Shown here: in pieces, positions 47,398-54,233 of the stretch
How positions within the stretch are numbered: the first letter of the stretch is position 1
Layout of the letters: each line of letters starts with the position of its first letter
Assembly (NCBI GenBank): GCA_965649295.1
Contig: CBFGKH010000001.1
Location: 160,001-224,000 of the forward strand
Length of the DNA stretch: 64,000 nt
Origin: a candidate division WOR-3 bacterium
GTDB taxonomy: Bacteria; Hydrothermota; Tepidihabitantia; Tepidihabitantales; Tepidihabitantaceae
Reading direction: 5' to 3'
Notes under the pieces: generated by a model
Database searches by the model: none
The model's input: only the letters and a program-made list of their open reading frames with translations
Told to the model about the DNA's origin: nothing
Program-made: the position numbers and the translations under genes

Positions 47398-48930
47398 CTA
47401 GCGCCCCTTCACAATCTGTCTTACCAGCCGTTCTGGAGCCGAACCGTCGGCCGGGACCAGCCTGAGCGCCACGAAATAGACCCCGCGCGTCAGACCTGAA
47501 CCCGGCCTAAACTCAACTGCGACGGTTCCGGTCGGCTGCTGCGCGTCAATCAATCGCGCCACAACCCGGCCAGTAGCGTCGTAAACCTCGAGCGTTACCC
47601 AGCCGGGCGACGGCAACTCACAACTGATGGTAGTGGATTGGTCGAAAGGTGAACCCACCGCGACTGCTAGTTGCCTGCTCGCTAATGGTGCCTTATCCTC
47701 CACACCAGTTGCGAAGTCACGCGGATACTTCAGACAGCGCCCAATCTGCCCGCCGAGACTCCGGGTCCAGACCACCGAACCAGAAGGTGTAATCTCCTGG
47801 ACAACACCGGTCGTACCAAGAATGGCGAACGTATTGCCGTTAGGCAGACGGTAGGCGCCGCCGAGATGCTGTGAATAGAAAGCGCTGCCGTTAGAGTAAG
47901 ACCAAGTTCGTGTTCTAGGCCCAAATGCCGAATCCGGAGCAATGTAGTAGTTGCCCTCTGAGTCGAGCGGCGGTGTTATCTGGATGACTTCTGAGTAGTC
48001 GTTGGCAGTGCCTGACCGATCACCGTTGTTGAGCACGATAATGTCACCCGCGCCCGGCAGGCCCGGCCGAATCCAGTTCGCGCCATGCACCACGTAGAAG
48101 ACTCGGTCGGCAGCTGTGCCGCGGTCATAGTTCTGAGGATTGCCCCAGCGATAGAGAAAATCACCGCCCCGCCCACGCCTGCCGCCAGTGTGGCCGGCTG
48201 CTTCAGCCGTGGTCGTACTGTGGTCAATCACAAAGATTTCGTGCAGATTGTGCGAGGTGAGAATTATCTCATCTCGCTCGGCATTGTAGTCAATGGTATT
48301 GCAGTGCATCCAGTCGCCGTTCTGAACTGTGCCGAGATTGATGTCAAGTAATTCCGGATGCTCGGCGACAACACCGTAGTTAGGCAACGCTGGGTTGACG
48401 TCCTGAATCAGGTGATCCCAGAAGTGCCACTCCCAGACGACCGCGTTGCTCACCGGGTCGTACTCAATTACCTCGTCTGGCCAGATTTCACCGGTGATAT
48501 TCTGTCGGCCGAGCGCCTGCGCCTGCGCCGCCGTCTTGCGCTCCCATGATATCAGCAGAACATGACCGTTCGGCATCACACAGAAATCATGGTGCTGTTG
48601 ATGGTTTGCATTCGACCAGATGAAGCTCTCGACGATGTTACCGTTCCAGTCATACTGCTGCATCAGCCCACCGTAGGCAGCGCCGCGCATCGTCGCCCCG
48701 GAATAGACATCACCACGCCAGATAGAACTGTCCGGCATCAGGTAAGCGACGTAAGCGCAGTTGACCGTGCCAGTCCAAGACCGCACTGTCTGGCCGTTGT
48801 TGTCAATCAACCGGGTCGTCCGGCTATTCATTAGGTTGTACAGCGTCAGACCATCAAATACCTGCGCTGAGACAACTCCCGCCAGACTGCATACAGCCAT
48901 AAACGCAGTCAGTGTTGTTCTCTTCAGCAT
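47398..48930 (-). CDS. secreted aryl-sulfate sulfotransferase (ASST) family protein with T9SS-like C-terminal domain
   Basis: QHHDF, VWEWHFWDH, DWMHCNTIDY, GDFLYRWGNPQNY, RLPNGNT; C-terminal GVYF. Confidence 0.85.
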   Translation of the reverse strand: MLKRTTLTAFMAVCSLAGVVSAQVFDGLTLYNLMNSRTTRLIDNNGQTVRSWTGTVNCAYVAYLMPDSSIWRGDVYSGATMRGAAYGGLMQQYDWNGNIVESFIWSNANHQQHHDFCVMPNGHVLLISWERKTAAQAQALGRQNITGEIWPDEVIEYDPVSNAVVWEWHFWDHLIQDVNPALPNYGVVAEHPELLDINLGTVQNGDWMHCNTIDYNAERDEIILTSHNLHEIFVIDHSTTTAEAAGHTGGRRGRGGDFLYRWGNPQNYDRGTAADRVFYVVHGANWIRPGLPGAGDIIVLNNGDRSGTANDYSEVIQITPPLDSEGNYYIAPDSAFGPRTRTWSYSNGSAFYSQHLGGAYRLPNGNTFAILGTTGVVQEITPSGSVVWTRSLGGQIGRCLKYPRDFATGVEDKAPLASRQLAVAVGSPFDQSTTISCELPSPGWVTLEVYDATGRVVARLIDAQQPTGTVAVEFRPGSGLTRGVYFVALRLVPADGSAPERLVRQIVKGR

Positions 48931-48983
48931 TCAAGACCTCCTACTACGTTGGGACGAACGAATCGGCAGCGTCTTGCTGGCGC

Positions 48984-51254
48984 TCATCTTGTCATCACTA
49001 GCTTAGTACAGGTTGAACCGCCGCCGTTCACGGTAAGCTGGACAAAGTAAACTCCAACGCCCCACCCTGACTCGGGACGGAAGTCAAACGTGTGCCAACC
49101 CAGTGTCGGCTGATACTCATCCTGCCCAGCGGCCAGCCGACCGGCCGCATCATAGACTCGCAGCGAGACCCTGGCCGGGCAGGGCAGCAAGTAACTGATT
49201 CTCGTTGAGCTCCGGAATGGATTGGGCAGGGCGACCAGCTGATACCGGCCGTCGGTTACGGTCACCACTTCTTCACTCACACCAATGCCACTCTGGTTTG
49301 CTCTGTCCGGTGTCGGGCTCATCAGCCGGAACAAGCCAGCGCCGTCCGGAAAACGCCCGTAGCTGATGTCTGCTCTTTGTGGCCCGAACGTTACACGATC
49401 GAGTGGCCGACCGTCATCATCGGCAAACAGCACTGTCTCGCCTGAACTTGAGAGTTGGAAGTTGGCATGTAGCCCAGGTTGATTGGTATCGCCATCGGCC
49501 CAAACCAGAAGATACCCTCCAGCGGGAATCGTTACATCGGGAAACACCCACTTGGCGATGGTAGCCGAGTCATCAGTCAGCAGAAATCCATCTAGAGCAA
49601 CCGCACTGTTCGTCGGGTTATGCAACTCAATCCAGTCGTCATACTCCCCAGCCGGGTCACGGACTGTGCTAACATTGTCCGCCATTAGCTCATTGATGAC
49701 AACCCTACCCGTCACCGGTAATGATAGGTATTCCTGTTCAGCCCGTGCCGGCGCGAATGTGCCGGCACCTCTGTTCTCCGCATAGATGTAATAGTGGACA
49801 TCACCGGAGCCGATTCTCACCGCTGTTCCGTAGCGGCCGTCACCAGCAGCGCCGTCACCGTGCAGCCCGTCATCGTACAGCGGTGTTAACACAAATCTCA
49901 ACCCTGGACTCTGACCCCAGCCAACCCAGACTGAGTCAGCATTAGCGACATCAGCAGTGAACTGCAGTAGGCCGCCCGGCACCGCCGGGCAAGGATTGGC
50001 AGTCACGGCACCAATAGTCGGGGACGATGCGCGAAACTCGCTATCGTTCAAGATGAAGCTGACGCGAGGATTCATCAGCTCAGTCAGCCCGACGACCGCC
50101 AGCGGCCCAGTTCCAACCGACCGGGTAATGTTGTTCAGAAAGTCGTTGTAACTGTAGAACTTGTTCGGGTCAGCCTGAACGTAGGAATCAATGATATCCT
50201 GAATCTCTAGCGCCCGCTGTCGGTACCAGTTGTTCGAAAAGACCTCGGCGATCATCGTCTTCATGTGGGCGACGTACATCCGTCGCAGCCGCGGATTGGA
50301 CAGAATCTTGCTCGCAATCGGGTAGTTCGTGTCGTTCTGCCGCAGGAATGGGTCAAGCTGCTGCATCTGACCCAGCGTCAGGGTTCCGACGCCGATAAGA
50401 TTGCGAAACACACCGAAGCTCTCGTTTAGGTCCCAGACAATCGGATTGAACCGCCGAGCCGCATCTCGATACAGATAGAAGTTCTGCGGCATGTTGATTG
50501 GTGCATCAAGATTCACAAGCAGCGCATCGAACGCCAGCATCCAAAGGTGGCGATCAACGTTCAGCACTCGGTCAACCACCTCCGTGAAGTTGTTTAGAGT
50601 GTCGAGCAAACTAACAAGCTCGGTCCAGCCCGAGTCAGACTGCAGTTCGAAGTAGTCGCGGTACGGTGTCGGGTCCGGCCCCAGATACTTCCAACCAATC
50701 ATCTGGGAGTTGTTCGTCAGCCGGCCCTTGAATCGAGCGTTCTCGTCACAGTAGAAGTGGGTACGCATGAACATCCGGTCCGGGTCCTCATTGTTGCTGT
50801 ACAAACCCAGTAACGTGTCGTTGACGTAGATGTTAGCGTAGTTGGACCTGCCGGCTGGCATGTACAGCCTGGCAATCTCATAGCTCAGCGCCTCGCGTAC
50901 GAAACTTGGGTCATTGAAGACATTGGCCAGCCGTAGCGTACCGTGTCCCTCAATCGTCTGACCAGGACGAACATAGTCGAGCTTGATATTGAAGGGATTC
51001 TTGCGCCGACCCGGCGAATAGGAAGAACCGCCCTTGTAGCGCACACCCACGCTGTCGAATCGCTGACCATTGATTACCGCCGTACCAATCAGCCGACCCT
51101 CTTCGCCCGCCGCATACAGGCTGTCGAGAATCTCATCCCAGTTTGGCTCAGCGAAGCTCAGTCTGATTTCGTTCACCTGTTCGATGTCAAAGAAGCCGGC
51201 GCTTGCTATCGTGAGACCAAGAAGCAGAGTTCCCGCCAGCCGTTGCCTGCCCAT
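48984..51254 (-). CDS. secreted CotH kinase family protein with lamin-tail domain and T9SS-like C-terminal domain
   Basis: VGVRYKGGSS, DPSFVREALSY, GLYSNNE, NLD...NFYLY, PIVWDLNESFG; LYDDGLHGDGAAGDGRYG repeat; LTD VINELMADN...DWIELHN; PNPF...GVYF. Confidence 0.9.
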   Translation of the reverse strand: MGRQRLAGTLLLGLTIASAGFFDIEQVNEIRLSFAEPNWDEILDSLYAAGEEGRLIGTAVINGQRFDSVGVRYKGGSSYSPGRRKNPFNIKLDYVRPGQTIEGHGTLRLANVFNDPSFVREALSYEIARLYMPAGRSNYANIYVNDTLLGLYSNNEDPDRMFMRTHFYCDENARFKGRLTNNSQMIGWKYLGPDPTPYRDYFELQSDSGWTELVSLLDTLNNFTEVVDRVLNVDRHLWMLAFDALLVNLDAPINMPQNFYLYRDAARRFNPIVWDLNESFGVFRNLIGVGTLTLGQMQQLDPFLRQNDTNYPIASKILSNPRLRRMYVAHMKTMIAEVFSNNWYRQRALEIQDIIDSYVQADPNKFYSYNDFLNNITRSVGTGPLAVVGLTELMNPRVSFILNDSEFRASSPTIGAVTANPCPAVPGGLLQFTADVANADSVWVGWGQSPGLRFVLTPLYDDGLHGDGAAGDGRYGTAVRIGSGDVHYYIYAENRGAGTFAPARAEQEYLSLPVTGRVVINELMADNVSTVRDPAGEYDDWIELHNPTNSAVALDGFLLTDDSATIAKWVFPDVTIPAGGYLLVWADGDTNQPGLHANFQLSSSGETVLFADDDGRPLDRVTFGPQRADISYGRFPDGAGLFRLMSPTPDRANQSGIGVSEEVVTVTDGRYQLVALPNPFRSSTRISYLLPCPARVSLRVYDAAGRLAAGQDEYQPTLGWHTFDFRPESGWGVGVYFVQLTVNGGGSTCTKLVMTR

Positions 51255-51269
51255 CGCGTTAATCAGGAA

Positions 51270-52259
51270 TCACCGCCGGCGGCCAGAATTGGAGCGACCC
51301 GGCGTAGGTACCGGTAGTAGGCGCCAGGTGTCACCGCCATCCGGAAGCCTCCCGTAGGCGGTGTCCGGGGCCTGCGGGCCAAAACTCAAAGTATCAACTA
51401 TCAGAATGTTGTGGCCGCTTGCCTGGTACAGACCAACCTGCTCACCGACCGCTGCCCCCAGGCTGAAAGTCGCGTGCAGTGGCCCTTCCGCTGGCTCATT
51501 GTCGGCCCAGACCAGTAGAAAGCGTCCTGGCCCCAGCACCACATCCGGAAACGGCCACTTGGTCGGTTGGGAGAGGTCGTCGGTCAGATAAACCCCCTTA
51601 AGCCCTATCGGTTCGCTACCGGCATTGTAGAGTTCAATCCAGTCATCGTAGTCACCGGCCTCATCGATCACCACCGTGTGGTTGGAAGCAAGAAACTCAT
51701 TTATGAAAAGCAGATGGGCCAGACTCGATTCGCCAGTCGAGTTGGCTGCGCCCGGAGTTGGTGCCCAGAGCCGTCGCCACTCACCACCATCCGGAACGCG
51801 CCCCATCGAAGTATCGGCTCCCTGAGGACCGAATGATAACGTGTCAATAACGAAAAGCCGCTCACCGTTTGTGGCATAGAGCCCAAGCTGCTCGCCGCTG
51901 TCAGCATTGAGCCGAAAAGAGGCGTGCAGTGCGCCCTGACGATACTCAGCATCAGCCCAGACGATGAGAAACCCGCCGGCTGGGATGAACGTATCCGGGA
52001 AAGACCACTTCATCGGCCGGGAAAGGTCGTCGGTGAGGAACATAGTGCCCAAGCGCAGACTCGTATCCCCAGCATTGTACAGCTCGATCCAGTCCGCGTA
52101 GTCGCCGAACTCATCAGCCACGGTCCGCTTGTTTGAAGCCATGAACTCGTTTATGAATAGAGTCCCGTGTAGCGGTGATTCGGCTGGCTGTGTCGGGCCA
52201 GCGCTGCAACCGCCAGCCAAGAATACTACTGCCACAATCAGAACCGTTCGTCGGCTCAC
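51270..52259 (-). CDS. lipoprotein with two lamin-tail domains
   Basis: Lipobox-like LAGGC; two copies of LFINEF(M/L)ASN...DE.GDY.DWIELYNAG...LTDDLS.P.KW.FP...GR.PDGG..W....PTPG..N. Confidence 0.85.
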   Translation of the reverse strand: MSRRTVLIVAVVFLAGGCSAGPTQPAESPLHGTLFINEFMASNKRTVADEFGDYADWIELYNAGDTSLRLGTMFLTDDLSRPMKWSFPDTFIPAGGFLIVWADAEYRQGALHASFRLNADSGEQLGLYATNGERLFVIDTLSFGPQGADTSMGRVPDGGEWRRLWAPTPGAANSTGESSLAHLLFINEFLASNHTVVIDEAGDYDDWIELYNAGSEPIGLKGVYLTDDLSQPTKWPFPDVVLGPGRFLLVWADNEPAEGPLHATFSLGAAVGEQVGLYQASGHNILIVDTLSFGPQAPDTAYGRLPDGGDTWRLLPVPTPGRSNSGRRR

Positions 52260-52272
52260 ATCTCACCTCCGA

Positions 52273-53262
52273 CTAGAAACTCGCCTGGGTCTGAATTCTT
52301 ATCTCCTGGGCAAAGGTCGGCCGCGAAGTGAAGTCCGCGGTCCAACCTACCTTTAGCTGTAACTGCTGTTGCAGCTGCCACGTACCTCCGACAGTTGCAG
52401 TTGTCCGCCAGTCACTGCGTCTCAGAATATCCTGATAGAACCGTTCCAATCGCAGCCAGGGTCTGGCCGGCCCAATCCGATATGCTCCTGTCAGTGTCGC
52501 GCCGAGCATAGTCGTCCCCGCATCAGCCGCACCGACCAGCAGCTCAGCTTCGGCATCGGCATTGCCCAGACACAGACTGGCATCAGCGCCATAGGCAATG
52601 ACCAGTCTGCCTGTTACCGAATCATGACGCTGGGTTGCGTTGAGACCAAAGTTGACGCCGCTGGCCGGTTTGAGCTCGATGCGCTGAGCTAACTGCTTGG
52701 CGTCGTTATCGTCACGGGCAAGCCGCGTACCGGTGCCGTTATACACACCTGCCGCGTAGCTGAGTAACAGCGAACCGAGCCGCAGGTCACCCATCGTCGT
52801 AAGACCGATGTCACGGCCAAGAAAACCCCGGTCAGCAAAAGCCTCATTGGTGATGCCACGCTCAATTGCCAGGAGCTTGCTCGCCGCTGTTAGTTCCTCG
52901 CGGCTGAACGGCAGCTTGCCCAGCCCAACAACGAGCTTCAGGCCGGACAACGCCTGATATCCGACAAATGCATCCTTGATTTCGGGTATCAACTCATCAC
53001 AGCCAAGCTCGATGCCAGACTGAAGCCTTGTTTGCTGGTAGTTGAACCTGACCCTGATCCGACGCAGGATGAAGCTGTGGTGCGGATAGACGCCAACGTG
53101 AGTATCGTAGTACCACTGGGCGTGAACGTAGCCACTTACTTCTGGCCGCTTCGCCCCACTTTGCCCACTGCCGGTAGCCAATCCGGCCAGGAGGGCGACG
53201 ATCAGCAGCAGCGCACTAGTCCGCACTGTATCTTTGCGCACAGAGCAGCCCACTCTGTGCAA
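52273..53262 (-). CDS. outer-membrane porin, phosphate-selective OprO/OprP-like (start uncertain)
   Basis: Signal peptide; VSGYVHAQW, FILRRIRV, IKDAFVGY, G..KLPFSRE, GRDIG, Y.AGVYNG.G...DDNDAK; C-terminal Phe. Confidence 0.7.
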   Translation of the reverse strand: MHRVGCSVRKDTVRTSALLLIVALLAGLATGSGQSGAKRPEVSGYVHAQWYYDTHVGVYPHHSFILRRIRVRFNYQQTRLQSGIELGCDELIPEIKDAFVGYQALSGLKLVVGLGKLPFSREELTAASKLLAIERGITNEAFADRGFLGRDIGLTTMGDLRLGSLLLSYAAGVYNGTGTRLARDDNDAKQLAQRIELKPASGVNFGLNATQRHDSVTGRLVIAYGADASLCLGNADAEAELLVGAADAGTTMLGATLTGAYRIGPARPWLRLERFYQDILRRSDWRTTATVGGTWQLQQQLQLKVGWTADFTSRPTFAQEIRIQTQASF

Positions 53263-53279
53263 GTAACCACTCGAATACC

Positions 53280-53325
53280 ATTGTAGGCCGTGCCTTTAGG
53301 ACTACAAGTGTTAACACAGTGTTTA
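53280..53325 (-). promoter_or_regulatory. promoter of the porin-CotH-VTC operon with an OmpR/PhoB-type direct repeat
   Basis: Minus strand: TAAACA (53325-53320) and TTAACA (53314-53309) at 11-bp period, abutting a weak -35 TTGTAG (53307-53302), 16 bp, TACAAT (53285-53280). Confidence 0.5.
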
Positions 53326-53367
53326 GACACAGGACCGGCGCTGTTCCTGCGTTGTTCTCTTGAATCT

Positions 53368-53388
53368 GACTAGCTCTACAAGCTAGTC
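53368..53388. terminator. hairpin, possible terminator of the 53419..54132 gene
   Basis: GACTAGCT-CTACA-AGCTAGTC 8-bp stem; weak U-tract. Confidence 0.35.
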
Positions 53389-53418
53389 CCGAACGTCTGC
53401 GGAGCTAAGAGGTTAGTC

Positions 53419-54132
53419 TCACTGCCCGACCTGACCGGAAACGACAGCCAGGGCACCCTCAAGCCTGAATGCCCGCTTTTCTCGGCCAAGTCTGGCCCAG
53501 AGCGCAGCCGAGTACTCACCAGCCTCAAACCCAGCCGGCACCGCTATTGTCGGGTTGAACTCGCCTTTGGGGATGAGCAATAGCACTTTAGAACTCTCGG
53601 CCGCACTGCTACCGGTTGCCGGCCGATGGAATGTCACCTCGAGCCAGCGGCTGTCTCGGGCATTACCACTGACTGTCAGAATCCGTTGGCCGTCCCTTGT
53701 GCCGACCTGGGTTTCCAACGCCGCCAGCGAATCGGCCAAGCGCAACTTCTCCGGTCCACTCGTGACCGAGCCCTTGCCTAGTGCCTTCAGCCCAACCGGC
53801 CGCACCGCTACCTCATCATCACCCAGCTTCCGCTGCCATAGCCCGACCTCGTAACTCCCCTGATAGTAGTCAGCCGGTATCGGCACCGGCAGCAGGAACC
53901 TGCCCTTGACCGAATATACTGTCCGCTGGCCCTGGCAGGTCGAATCTGGCTCGCCTGGCCGAAAGAAGGTCACTGCCAGCCAGTCACTGGCGTCAGGTGC
54001 GACACCGGTAACTTCGAGCACCGGCCTGCCTTCCTTTTTACTGACTCGCGCTGACAAGGTCGGCAGCGAATCTCCAGCGACTGCCGGCTGAACCAGCACA
54101 AGGGACAGAAAGAACAACATCGGCTTCGACAT
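53419..54132 (-). CDS. exported hypothetical protein with two tandem beta-rich repeats
   Basis: SD GGAGG, signal peptide MSKPMLFFLSLVLVQPAVA; two similar units G..(V/I)L.V(T/S)G...WL.VTF.RP...KG.F...PA....G.Y...LW..LG. Confidence 0.7.
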   Translation of the reverse strand: MSKPMLFFLSLVLVQPAVAGDSLPTLSARVSKKEGRPVLEVTGVAPDASDWLAVTFFRPGEPDSTCQGQRTVYSVKGRFLLPVPIPADYYQGSYEVGLWQRKLGDDEVAVRPVGLKALGKGSVTSGPEKLRLADSLAALETQVGTRDGQRILTVSGNARDSRWLEVTFHRPATGSSAAESSKVLLLIPKGEFNPTIAVPAGFEAGEYSAALWARLGREKRAFRLEGALAVVSGQVGQ

Positions 54133-54169
54133 TAGCACCTCCAGCAGGTCGGTCTGGAATGCAAGCTGA

Positions 54170-54198
54170 TTGACGAACCTCAGGCCCGTCCGTATGAT
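54170..54198 (+). promoter_or_regulatory. sigma70-type promoter of the TonB-dependent receptor
   Basis: TTGACG (54170-54175), 17 bp, TATGAT (54193-54198). Confidence 0.55.
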
Positions 54199-54233
54199 AC
54201 GCCAAATAGCACCTGTTGCAATCGGAGGTAGTG

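Noticed and set aside
48984..51254. CotH (and SpoIVB at 3982) as evidence of sporulation
   Set aside because: Both families are widespread in non-sporulating bacteria; the window shows diderm features and no core sporulation genes.
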